Shown here: positions 52,824 through 64,000 of the stretch, one piece after another
Layout of the letters: the number at the start of each line of letters is the position of its first letter
Numbering within the stretch: position 1 is the first letter of the stretch
Assembly (NCBI GenBank): GCA_002269645.1
Contig: NIVC01000297.1
Location: 248,001 to 312,000, forward strand
Direction of reading: 5' to 3'
Length of the DNA: 64,000 nucleotides
DNA from: Macrostomum lignano
Taxonomy: Eukaryota
The notes under the pieces: generated by a model
What the model was told of the DNA's origin: nothing
Database searches by the model: none
Seen by the model: only the letters and a program-made list of their open reading frames with translations
Program-made: the position numbers and the translations under genes

Positions 52824-55800
52824 CACCAATCAATCAATCAAAAAGTCAATCAATTAATCAATCAATCAATCAATCAATCAATCATCAATCAGACCTAATG
52901 CAGCAGCTGCTCACCTCCTTAGCAATGGACGAAGCGGCCGAACGGCCAAACGTGATGGAAGCGGGGCCGGCGCTGCTGCTGACGCCAGCGGCCGTGCTAA
53001 CGCTGGACCTGTGCTGGCCCAGAGCCGCCTGCGGCTGCTGCATCAGGCTGCCCTGCCTGCTAAATGAAGGCGGTTGTACAGCCGCCGAAGCCGGCGCCGC
53101 CGCGGCCGCCGCCACAGACGTGGATAATTGTCTAGCCGACGATCGAAATCCGGGACGATGCTGCTGATGAGGCGGAGGCTGAGATTTCAACGCTATCGCG
53201 GCTCCTCCACCGCCAGAGGCGCCGCCGCCTCTGTTCCTCGGCATAGTCGCATAAGAATAGGCACTCCTAGACGGCAGAAAGCCGCCGTCGCTGGTGCTGG
53301 CGCCGTCGTCATTAATTAGCCGACCATTGGACGCTGTTCTAGAATGATAGCCAGGCGGCCTCTGCAGAGTTCTCCTGGACGAAGGCGTCCTAGTGAAGGA
53401 CCGCTCTAGCCTAGGCCGGCGTTTCAATTCTTCGGCAGCTTGATGCTCGGTTCGACCGGAGTAGCGAAATTTTGAGCCGCCAACAAGGCCCATGATGGCG
53501 CCGGATTGTTGCGGCGGCGGCGGCCGGTGCAATCGAAAGAATGCGTGATGCTCTACGCAGGTTTGCCAAAGCCACTTGCATGCCCGGCTGCTCGCCAGGC
53601 TGAAAGTCAGAGTCTGGGTCGCTCCGGTAGAGTCTCGAACTGATAGCAGGAAATTCTTCCGTTTGAAACTGATTTTCAATAGGCTGAGCCAAGAGTACAA
53701 GTGAAGGCGTTGCGGCCCGCGGAACACAGCCACGCCGGAGGCGTTTACGCCTACTTGCATCTCCGTCTTCTCGGCGTCCTGCGGCGTTGCCATGGCGACG
53801 GGGGAGGATTAGGAAATTGTTAGCAAATCCCAGTTTTTTTCGGCAAGGACTAAGTTAAGAGAGCAGAACACTGAGATGGGGATCAGAACACTGAGATGAG
53901 GATCAGAACACTGAGATGAGGATCAGAGCACTGAGATGGGGATCAGAGCACTGAGATGGGGATCAGAGCACTGAGATGAGGATCAGAGCACTGAGATGGG
54001 GATCAGAGCACTGAGATGGGGATCAGAGCACTGAGATGGGGATCAGAGCACTGAGATGAGGATCAGAGCACTGAGATGGAGATTAGAGCACTGAGATGGG
54101 GATCAGAACACTGAGATGGGGCACTGAGATGGGGATCAGAACACTGAGATGGGGCACTGAGATGGGGATCAGAACACTGAGGTGGGGATCAGAGCACTGA
54201 GATGGGGATCAGAGCACTGAGATGGGGATCAGAACACTGAAGTGGGGATCAGAGCACTGAGATGAGGATCAGAGCACTGAGATGGGGATCAGAGCACTGA
54301 GATGGGGATCAGAGCACTGAGATGGGGATCAGAGCACTGAGATGGGGATCAGAGCACTGAGATGGGGATCAGAGCACTGAGATGAGGATCAGAGCACTGA
54401 GATGGAGATTAGAGCACTGAGATGGGGATCAGAACACTGAGATGGGGCACTGAGATGGGGATCAGAACACTGAGATGGGGCACTGAGATGGGGATCAGAA
54501 CACTGAGGTGGGGATCAGAGCACTGAGATGGGGATCAGAGCACTGAGATGGGGATCAGAACACTGAAGTGGGGATCAGAGCACTGAGATGAGGATCAGAG
54601 CACTGAGATGGGGATCAGAGCACTGAGATGGGGATCAGAGCACTGAGATGAGGATCAGAGCACTGAGATGGGGATCAGAGCACTGAGATGGGGATCAGAG
54701 CACTGAGATGAGGATCAGAGCACTGAGATGGAGATTAGAGCACTGAGATGGGGATCAGAACACTGAGATGGGGCACTGAGATGGGGATCAGAACACTGAG
54801 ATGGGGCACTGAGATGGGGATCAGAACACTGAGGTGGGGATCAGAGCACTGAGATGGGGATCAGAGCACTGAGATGGGGATCAGAACACTGAAGTGGGGA
54901 TCAGAGCACTGAGATGGAGATCAGAACACTGAGATGGGGATCAGAACACTGAGATGGGGATCAGAACACTGAGATGGGGCACTGAGATGGGGATCAGAAC
55001 ACTGAGATGGGGCACTGAGATGGGGATCAGAACACTGAGGTGGGGATCAGAGCACTGAGATGGGGATCAGAGCACTGAGATGGGGATCAGAACACTGAAG
55101 TGGGGATCAGAGCACTGAGATGGAGATCAGAACACTGAGATGGGGATCAGAACACTGAGATGGGGATCAGAACACTGAGATGGAGATTAGAGCACTGAGA
55201 TGGGGATCAGAACACTGAGATGGGGCACTGAGATGGGGATCAGAGCACTGAGATGGGGACCTGAACACTGAGATGAGGATCAGAGCACTGAGATGAGGAT
55301 CAGAGCACTGAGATGAGGATCAGAGCACTGAGATGAGGATCAGAGCACTGAGATGGGGATCAGAGCACTGAGATGGGGATCAGAGCACTGAGATGAGGAT
55401 CAGAGCACTGAGATGGAGATTAGAGCACTGAGATGGGGATCAGAACACTGAGATGGGGCACTGAGATGGGGATCAGAACACTGAGATGGGGCACTGAGAT
55501 GGGGATCAGAACACTGAGGTGGGGATCAGAGCACTGAGATGGGGATCAGAGCACTGAGATGGGGATCAGAACACTGAAGTGGGGATCAGAGCACTGAGAT
55601 GGAGATCAGAACACTGAGATGGGGATCAGAACACTGAGATGGGGATCAGAACACTGAGATGGAGATTAGAGCACTGAGATGGGGATCAGAACACTGAGAT
55701 GGGGCACTGAGATGGGGATCAGAGCACTGAGATGGGGATCTGAACACTGAGATGGGGATCAGAGCACTGAGATGGGGATCTGAACACTGAGATGGGGATC

Positions 55801-58800
55801 AGAACACTGAGATGGGATAAGAACACTGAGATGGGATAAGAACACTGAGATGGGATAAGAACACTGAGATGGGATAAGAACACTGAGATGGGGATCAGAA
55901 CACTGAGATGGGGAGCAGAACACTGAGATGGGGATCAGAGCACTGAGATGGGATCAGAACACTGAGATGGGGAGCAGAACACTGAGATGGGGATCAGAGC
56001 ACTGAGATGGGGATCAGAACACTGAGATGGAGATTAGAGCACTGAGATGGGATCAGAACACTGAGATGGGGAGCAGAACACTGAGATGGGGATCAGAACA
56101 CTGAGATGGGGATCAGAACACTGAGATGGAGATTAGAGCACTGAGATGGGGATCAGAACACTGAGATGGGGCACTGAGATGGGGATCAGAGCACTGAGAT
56201 GGGGATCTGAACACTGAGATGGGGATCAGAGCACTGAGATGGGGATCTGAACACTGAGATGGGGATCAGAACACTGAGATGGGATAAGAACACTGAGATG
56301 GGATAAGAACACTGAGATGGGATAAGAACACTGAGATGGGATAAGAACACTGAGATGGGGAGCAGAACACTGAGATGGGGATCAGAGCACTGAGATGGGA
56401 TCAGAACACTGAGATGGGGAGCAGAACACTGAGATGGGGATCAGAGCACTGAGATGGGGATCAGAACACTGAGATGGGATAAGAACACTGAGATGGGGAT
56501 CAGAACACTGAGATGGGGATCAGAACACTGAGATGGGGATCAGAACACTGAGATGGGATCAGAACACTGAGATGGGGAGCAGAACACTGAGATGGGGATC
56601 AGAGCACTGAGATGGGATCAGAACACTGAGATGGGATAAGAACACTGAGATGGGGATCAGAACACTGAGATGGGATAAGAACACTGAGATGGGGATCAGA
56701 ACACTGAGATGGGGATCAGAACACTGAGATGGGGAGCAGAACACTGAGATGGGGATCAGAGCACTGAGATGGAGATCAGAACACTGAAGTGGGGATCAGA
56801 ACACTGAGATATGGATCAGAACACTGAGATGGGGATCAGAAAACTGAGATGGGGATCAGAGCACTGAGATGAGGATCAGAACACTGAGATGGGGATCAGA
56901 GCACTGAGATGAGGATCAGAACATGGAGAACAGAACCGATATATAGGGGTCATGACAGAATGAAACTCACAGTGACAGGAAACAGGAAGCAGCCGTAGTG
57001 CTCCAACTGCCTGGCGGTGTGTAGGAAGCTCAACTCGGCACAAGCTGGCGTGAGGCTTCTGTAAAATTATATTTTTTGGTGAAAGACGGTTTAAATTTAA
57101 TGTCTAATATAGTTTTGATTATACTACTTTTAATAAAAATGACAGCGTTTTCTGTAGAATATTATAACCATACTGATTTTTTTATATCCATGGAGAAAAT
57201 TCATGCGATAAATTGTGGTTATAAAATCCTGTTTATTAGAACTTAATATAGTCACGTTATGACTGCTGCAAGCACTTATGCTATGCCTTTGATGGCAAAG
57301 GATTTTGCAGCAGCTTCGAACATGACAAAAAATTAAAGAATGGCATTTCGGATTTGAGTCTAGAAATGGGGATCAGAGTCTGGAAATGGAGATCCGAATC
57401 AAGGAATTGGGGATCAGAATTCTGAGATAAGGATCAGAATCGGGAGTGGGGATCAGAATCGGGAATAGGGATCAGAATCGGAAATGGGGATCAGAGTCGG
57501 GAAGTGGGGATTAGAATCGGGAAATGGGGATCAGAATCGGGAAATGGGGATTAGAATCAGGATATGGGGATCAGAATTTGGATATGGGGATCAGAATCGG
57601 GAAATGGGGAGCAGAATCAGGAAACGGGGATCAGAATCGGGATATGTGGATAAGAATTAAGAAATGGGGATCAGAATATTGATGAAACGGGAATTAGAAA
57701 TAAACATAGAATTGTAGAATTATTATGCGAACTTTGAAAAGCCATTTCTTTCACATGGCAATTACGATTATTCAATTTACAAATAATTCGATTTATCTAG
57801 TCACGTTTTGACTGCAGCAACTATAAAAATATTATTTAAACAAGTTGAAGCAGCTTCGAGCATGACAGTTCTGATTTACAATACAAAAATGCTGAAATTC
57901 ATCACTCTTTACCTGTGCTTCTGATGCAACAGGGCTACATCTTTCTCAAACGCAGGCGTCTGATTGGGCAAGAATCTAAAATCGCCAACGTAACCATCTC
58001 TGTGCTGCTCGGCATTGTAATCGCCTAATTCTGACTGCAGAGCGTAGCTGGCTAGCAGTACGGCCGTATCGTAGGGGCATAGCAACCGACCCGAGAGTAG
58101 GTCCTTTTTCAACTGTAGGAAAAAATGATAGCGAGTGTACTCCTCCTGTAAGCGCGACGGGTCCGAGGCGTAGAACTTCACGCCGAAGTGAAAGTTGTAG
58201 GGCGGCGGCACTGCAATGTCAATGGGATTTAGTTAGTTGTGACTGATCCCAACTGGGGAATTCTTACTGATCCCTGATCCCAATTGGGGATTTTTACTGA
58301 TCCCTGATCCCAACAGGGGATTCTCATCGATCCCTGATCCCAACTGGGAATTCTTACTGAATCTGATCCCAACTGGGGATTTTTACTGATCCCTGATCCC
58401 AACTGGTGATTTGCATCGATCCCTGATCCCAACTGGGGATTTTTACTGATCCCTGATCCCAACAGGGGATTCTCATCGATCCCTGATCCCAACAGGGGAT
58501 TCTCACTGATCCCTGATCCCAACTGGGAATTCTTACTGATCCCTGATCCCAACTGGGGATTCTTACTGATCCCTGATCCCAACTGGGAATTCTTACTGAT
58601 CCCTGATCCCGACTTGGGATTTTCAGTGATCCCTGATCCCAACTGGGTGATCCCTGATCCCAACTGGGGATTTGCATTGATCCCTATTTGGGATATCATA
58701 GTGGATTTGAATTCACCCCAGCTGAATGCAGAATGCCGATAGATCCCATCACGCAAAAGTACAAAAAAAATCAAAATACAAACGCACCATGTTTCAACTG

Positions 58801-59570
58801 CTTTCGCAGCGGCTTGGTCGGGTCCAACCAGTGCTGTAAAAAGTGGAACAATAAGATAAATAATTCTAAATAATATTGAAAAGCTTGAGATATAAGCTTT
58901 TAAAAGATGAGCAAAAAGCCACCTCACCTTAGAATTTGGTTCATCCTGAAACTCTAAGCCAAAATAGTCGCGTTCAAGCAATTCCAGATATTCGAATACG
59001 GAGTCCAATAAAGCTTGGCCTTTGCATTTTCTCTGAAAGCATTTTGCAGAGGTTCAATATAGCATATGATAAATAATAATAATCCATATTTCTGGGCGTT
59101 TAATTACATCAAGATTACAAAAAGTGACTTTCGAATTTAGACTTCACGCTACCAAAAGTACATTTTATCAAGACTTCAGGTACTGTTAAAGTACATTCAA
59201 TCTAGACTTAGAATTCATAAAAGTACTTTTAAATAACCAATATTCTAAAAACTATCGAATTACTTTCAACATAAATATTCGATATTATGTTTAAAAATTA
59301 CATTTCAATTTAAGAGTTTGTATCCATAAAAGTACTTTTCGATGAAGATAAGTACATTTTTAATCTGTATGAAAGACTACGGATGAACTTTGCAATTAGG
59401 ATTCACTTAACTTAATCAAGACATTAAAAATAAGTGCTCACATCAACATCGAACGAAGTGTGCGTATCGTCCAGAAAGATGACGATACACCTGACCTGAT
59501 TAGCTGGCTCCTGACGGCTGGCCGCCTCAGTCCTGGCTACGTGGTAACTGCCTATGAAGCGGAACGACAT
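45881..59570 (-). CDS. PTPN3/4: FERM-PDZ protein tyrosine phosphatase (PTPN3/PTPN4, PTP-Meg family), at least 10 exons
   Basis: Exons 59570-59442 ([11 protein letters not shown]...CIVIFLDDT), 59032-58928 ([14 protein letters not shown]), 58833-58788 (HWLDPTK), 58211-~57915, 57058-56971, 53778-~52915 (FERM-C/FA), 49157-48948 ([12 protein letters not shown]), 48493-47953, 47339-46921 (DYINA, AAQGP), 46243-45881 ([17 protein letters not shown]). Extra middle exons are possible. Confidence 0.93.
46280..46900. repeat. 24-bp minisatellite filling the last PTP intron
   Basis: (cacctgtacaccc(c/t)gctaact(a/g)ga)n. Confidence 0.95.
47430..47900. repeat. GACA-based compound microsatellite in a PTP intron
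   Basis: Visible. Confidence 0.9.
48530..48925. repeat. 22-bp minisatellite filling the PDZ intron
   Basis: (tttcaaaatggcactactttga)n. Confidence 0.95.
50045..50845. repeat. (TGTC)n compound microsatellite
   Basis: Visible. Confidence 0.95.
51335..52890. repeat. (AATC)n compound satellite with recurring interruptions
   Basis: Visible; blocks such as ccacgaatcaatgaatcaactaagaagtc recur. Confidence 0.95.
53865..56925. repeat. 20-bp satellite (gatcagagcactgagatggg), ~3 kb, with higher-order structure
   Basis: Visible tandem array filling one PTP intron. Confidence 0.97.
57365..57680. repeat. Degenerate ~20-bp minisatellite (gggatcagaatcgggaaat)
   Basis: Visible. Confidence 0.8.
58245..58685. 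repeat. 30-bp minisatellite (gatccctgatcccaactggggattcttact)
   Basis: Visible tandem array in a PTP intron. Confidence 0.9.
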
Positions 59571-59711
59571 CGCGTGTCATCCTAATTAACTATGTGACCG
59601 CCATGCAAAATAGTCGAAAGCAGGTTTCAGCATAAACTTATTATGATATAACCATATTCAAATATTTAATCAACTAATCTAAGCTTTGATTGCTATATTT
59701 AGTGGATTGTT

Positions 59712-59832
59712 CATGCTTGGGCGCAACCTAGGGATTCACCCAGCCGTTTCTATTGGCAACACACGCATGTAAGTCGCTATTGGACAGAATACTAGTCACG
59801 TGACTGAGCTCAACCAATAGCAACTTACATGT
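59712..59832. mobile_element. Truncated copy of the palindromic MITE-like element
   Basis: Closely matches 60875-61000, with central agtcacgtgact dyad. Confidence 0.6.
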
Positions 59833-60886
59833 AACGACTTACAATAGCAGTGTCATTTGCTGGCAATGCTTGAAATTTTGGCAATTAAAGACCAGGATGT
59901 CAGCTGGAGTTGGCTACAAATTTCATAATCTAAAGATAATACTTAAGCCTCTTATTGAAATAATTATTAGAAACATGTGAACTTTTGTTGTTACCAAATC
60001 AAATGATTTGGTAAAAGGTGTTCATGCAATTTTTATCTTTTAATTCTAGTTTTACTACACCTATTACATTTATTTGCTACTACACCCCTGTATAAACTAT
60101 GCCTGCATGCATTATTTACCTTATATACTTATGTGCTTAGAAGAGTAAAAGTTATTGCCTAGTAGCAAATTGTATAGCATGGTGCTCTTATATGCTAGCA
60201 TCCTAGAATCTATTCCAAATATAGTCAATCAGCCTAGATTTTTTGAGCTAAGCTTGAGTTGAATAGTCATTTAGCAAATTTTGAATAGTGAAGTAGTTAT
60301 TATTGGCTATTATTATACTATATAATTTTTGTTATAAACAATAACTAACCAGTTAGGAAAGTGGCATAACATATATTAGATACTAGGATAAATTTTTTGA
60401 GATTATCTATATATTGTTTCTATACCATAATATAGAAATTACTTATTTAAAAATTTAAATAAGAGTAACAAGTAATTACACATTTTTAACAAATTTGACA
60501 AATAAGTTTTGTATTAGGGACCTCAAATATGTCCTAATCAGGGAGCCCTTATATATGCCAGAATTTTTTGTGCCAAAGGCTACCTTCTCAATGATGAATA
60601 AGTAATAAGGAAAAGGTAAATAAACTTAGAATACATAGGTTACATACCCTTAAAATCAGGAAACTGACAGATTTCACTAGATTTTCTAGAATAAAAGGTT
60701 ATTTCTCAAGTGCACTTTGCACATTTGGAATAAGAGGAGAAAAAAGGCTTGCAACTTGGCACAGTTGGAACATGGCCTAGATTCCCTTGATCAGTAATTA
60801 TATTTAAGATAACAAATTTGCTAATTTTTATAATATATATTATATAATTCTTAGCATTTTTGGAAGTTTGTTAGTCATGCTTGGGT

Positions 60887-61038
60887 GCAACCTTGGGATT
60901 CACCTGGCCGTTTCTATTAGCAACACACACATGTAAGTTGCTATTGGACAGAATAGTAGTCATGTGACTGCTCTCAGCCAATAGCGACTTACATGTGTGT
61001 GTTGCCAATAGAAATGGCCGAGTGATTCCCAAGGTTGC
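60887..61038. mobile_element. Palindromic MITE-like element (~60-bp inverted arms)
   Basis: gcaaccttgggattcacctggccgtttctattagcaacacacacatgtaagttgctattgg pairs with the reverse complement of 60978-61038 with few mismatches. Confidence 0.7.
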
Positions 61039-61215
61039 GCATGTATGTTATTAGTTATAATTAGTAACTTTTGACAATTATTAATTTTATTTTATTTTAT
61101 TTTATAGACTACTCAAAGTTTAAATTCAATTCAATTTAGACAAAAACAAAGCCATTCCAAGTGATTAAGTCAAGGACTAAATAGGAGTAAAAGTAATAAT
61201 ATATTTATAAATACC

Positions 61216-61240
61216 CACGGTGCTTCCCACGTGGCAAAAT
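61216..61240 (+). repeat. Candidate left end (TIR) of the DDE transposon
   Basis: cacggtgcttcccacgtggcaaaa, 637 bp upstream of the transposase ATG; a CAC heptamer-like start is typical of Transib/Chapaev/RAG ends. No partner end inside the window. Confidence 0.35.
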
Positions 61241-61852
61241 GACTTAAAAAATTGCCCAAGAAAACGGTTACTAATGTTGCAGACTAGGGTGCCTCAGCTG
61301 TCTAAAACATATTTTAAAAGAATCATAAGTGCTTGTCTTGTCATGATAAAGCCAATTAAACACTTATACTATTTCAAGTGTCTTTAATATATTGTAAAGT
61401 GTAGAACTTCAAGTTTAATCATTTATGAGACAAGTACAATCAATAATTTTAAAGTGAGGGAGTGGTTGAACTCAAGTCACTGCCTCAAATCACGCAATAT
61501 GCCCCTAATTGTATGAAGAGCTTATATTGGAAAAGTGTCAGAGGGGTGGGGTGAACAGGAGTACATTCGTGCAATGTTCACCTCTCCAGGTGCAACTGCG
61601 TCTATCCTAGTAGTGGTTCTAAATGAGTGCTCTTGCATAGTGCTTTAGCCCTAATCAATAAATTTTACTTTCAGTTTATTGATTTTCATTTTTAGTATAT
61701 TGGATTGGCTTTAAAATGAGTTGATAAGGTGAGTTAGAGAAGCATTGGGTTAAATATTGTTAGTGTGACAAAGGTCAAGAAAATCAGCTCATACTCCTGA
61801 ATTCTAGCTAAACTCTACGACCTATCTTCTAGAAAAGATAGTTGATTAAGCA

Positions 61853-63847
61853 ATGCCCAACAGCTTGAAGTCCCATGACCAGTGCCAGCAGAGTGTATGT
61901 CTACTTTGTCTGCGAAAGGCTGAGCGCCGCCTGAATGACATCACAACTGTTGAGCAGTACGTCCTTCCGAATTATTCGTCTGTGCGGCATCTTCTGCCTG
62001 TTGGAGTCTGCGAGGGCTGCCGTCGAATTATTTCTTCGCTTGGAGGCCCAGCACCTCGGCCTTTGCCGCCCAGACTCAACTACGAGCAAATGCTAGCAGA
62101 TCTGAGCAGCATTCCTGTGAGTCGAAGATCGCAACCAAACTGCCCATGCGAGATCTGCAAGATTGCCCGCAGCAACCTGCGCAAAAATGCAGATCCACAC
62201 AGCACCTATGCAACTGGTACACTTAACTGCGCCAGAGGCCGTCCTTCAACTAGTGCAGATGCAGCCCAGGCTCCTTTGCGGCTCTGCTCTGGCTGCCACT
62301 CGCCCATCGGCAAGGGCAAGCCGCATCGCTGCAACAAAGCAACCCGGCTAGCAAATCTGAGCAGCTTGATCAGCCCTGGAACAGCAGAGCAAGTCGCTAG
62401 CACTACAGTTGCTGCCAAGCTGCAGGCCACCGGGGCAAGCACCGTTGCACTGAAAAGAGCGCAAGGAGGCAGACCTCTAGCTGTCACTGTGGCCAACACA
62501 GCCTGCAGCACACGACAGCTGGCTCCAACAACAGCTAACACGATGCTTCGGCTGAAAGTTGCATTAAATCTCAGCAACCGGCAAACTCTGCAAGCGGCCA
62601 GCATTTTGCGAAAAGGAGCCGGCTCAGGGAAGGCTGTGCAGTCGAACTTGGGTGCAAGCCTCACTGCCAGAAGCCGGCATCTGAAAGACTTTTTTGTGAG
62701 CAAGCTGCTTGAAGTCGACAGCAAAGTGGCTACCGCAAAAAACGCCGTGATCTGCAGTGATGTGCAAGGCCTGATTGAGAAGGTCGCTTCTGAGAGGGGC
62801 TACACGGATGTCGACGTAAAGCTTGGTCTTGACGGAGGCGGTGGATTTTTTAAAATTTGTGCCAGCCTGCTGCATCGAGGTGATAGCCAAGAAAGTCAGT
62901 CGACAAAGGACCAGCTGTTTGCCGATTCTGGAGTAAAAAAGCTGTTGCTGCTAGCAGCTGTGCCAGACATGAGCGAGTGCTACAATAGCATCAAAGTTCT
63001 CTTTCAGCATTTGAGCCTTGGAGGAGTAACGGTGAATGCAGTAGCAGCTGACATGAAGGTTGCGAACCTCATCTGTGGCCTCCAGTCACATGCATCCAGG
63101 CATCCATGCTGCTATTGCGAGGCTCCTGTGCCACTGAACACCTGTGGCCCGATGAGAACTGTTGGAAGAATACGACAGATGGCCGTGGACTTCGCCAGCA
63201 GCGGCAAAGAGAGAAGCAGTGCAAAGGATTTCTACAACTGCATTGAGGCCCCTCTGCTTCAGGCAGACGATGAAGCCGAGATTCTGTTCATTCTGCCTCC
63301 ACCGGAGCTGCATCTGATGCTTGGCATCACGAATCGCATCTTCGACGCATTGAACTCGGCGTGGGGCAACGACTGCGCGTATCAGTGGGCCCATGACCGC
63401 AGCATTGTGCGCGTTGGATACCGTGGCGGCAGCATGGAGGGAAACGCCTGCCGCACTCTGCTTCGCAAATCTGCAGAGCTTCATGAGTATCTGCCGCAGA
63501 ACCTGAAGCCCTACGGTTCTTGTTTGATGCGTTTAGATTCCGTCGTCAGTAGCTGCTTCGGTTCCCAGCTGCATGCAGATTTCCAGCAGCACATTTTGCA
63601 GTTCAAGACTGCATTTGAGCTGCTTGGTCTGCCAATTTTCCCGAAAGTGCACGTGCTGCTGCACCACGTAGGAACCTTCTGTAGCGCCACTGGTAGCGCA
63701 CTCGGCCTGTTTAGCGAACAATCCTTTGAGAGCGTGCACCGCGATTTCGCTCAAACTTGGCAGAGATTTGCTGTGCCCACGCAGCACAGCAAATTCCCAG
63801 ACGCGTTGCTCTCAGCTGTCATTGCATACAACAGCTTTCACATTTGA
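61853..63847 (+). CDS. Intact Chapaev/Transib/RAG1-like DDE transposase (664 aa)
   Basis: N-terminal H-x7-C-x2-C...P-x3-C-x2-C zinc finger; KLGLDGGG (D1), AADMKV (D2), HPCCYC and KVHVLLHH (Zn), PPELHLMLG, GNACR, SEQSFESVH (E). Confidence 0.82.
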   Translation: MPNSLKSHDQCQQSVCLLCLRKAERRLNDITTVEQYVLPNYSSVRHLLPVGVCEGCRRIISSLGGPAPRPLPPRLNYEQMLADLSSIPVSRRSQPNCPCEICKIARSNLRKNADPHSTYATGTLNCARGRPSTSADAAQAPLRLCSGCHSPIGKGKPHRCNKATRLANLSSLISPGTAEQVASTTVAAKLQATGASTVALKRAQGGRPLAVTVANTACSTRQLAPTTANTMLRLKVALNLSNRQTLQAASILRKGAGSGKAVQSNLGASLTARSRHLKDFFVSKLLEVDSKVATAKNAVICSDVQGLIEKVASERGYTDVDVKLGLDGGGGFFKICASLLHRGDSQESQSTKDQLFADSGVKKLLLLAAVPDMSECYNSIKVLFQHLSLGGVTVNAVAADMKVANLICGLQSHASRHPCCYCEAPVPLNTCGPMRTVGRIRQMAVDFASSGKERSSAKDFYNCIEAPLLQADDEAEILFILPPPELHLMLGITNRIFDALNSAWGNDCAYQWAHDRSIVRVGYRGGSMEGNACRTLLRKSAELHEYLPQNLKPYGSCLMRLDSVVSSCFGSQLHADFQQHILQFKTAFELLGLPIFPKVHVLLHHVGTFCSATGSALGLFSEQSFESVHRDFAQTWQRFAVPTQHSKFPDALLSAVIAYNSFHI

Positions 63848-64000
63848 CAATTTACTTGTAGCTTAGTTTCAAATTCCTTTTGTCTTTACTGTACGAACTT
63901 AACTTGTTCTTTGTTGAATTTCATTTAGTATTGCTTATTCTTCTACTATTTCTTAAAAATTTGTGGCCTAAATTTCAGCTTTATTTTGTTTAAATTTGCA

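Noticed and set aside
59600-61850. Possible RAG2-like partner gene beside the RAG1-like transposase
   Set aside because: AT-rich with no ORF or kelch-like sequence.

Overview
Eukaryotic (invertebrate animal) genomic DNA. The host is not identifiable from sequence alone; the extreme intronic minisatellite load and Gln-rich coding style recall a flatworm such as Macrostomum, which is inference only. Bases 366-20671 are a ~20.3 kb Polinton/Maverick (adintovirus-like) endogenous virus bounded by 64-bp AGTAGT...ACTACT terminal inverted repeats and abutting a Gypsy gag fragment on the left. It carries the canonical module: adenain protease, major and minor capsid, chromodomain integrase, packaging ATPase, PLA2 and protein-primed PolB. 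It also carries an unusual accessory module: dUTPase, a TBP-like domain in frame with a deoxynucleoside kinase, a putative SSB with an intron, a spliced single-pass membrane protein, and an 11-exon micro-exon gene on the opposite strand that the ORF track does not assemble. Strong acceptor-like sites with no obvious donor sit directly before three viral coding regions; the TBP frame has no genomic ATG ahead of its domain. The rest is host DNA: a two-exon EGR zinc-finger gene with a CArG box, an intronless Shaker/Kv1 channel, a multi-exon PTPN3/4 (FERM-PDZ-PTP) gene, about 20 tandem-repeat arrays, a palindromic MITE, and an intact Chapaev/Transib/RAG1-like DDE transposase. Many single-base frameshifts, including one in the host Kv1 gene and homopolymer differences across an N-gap overlap, look like assembly indels.
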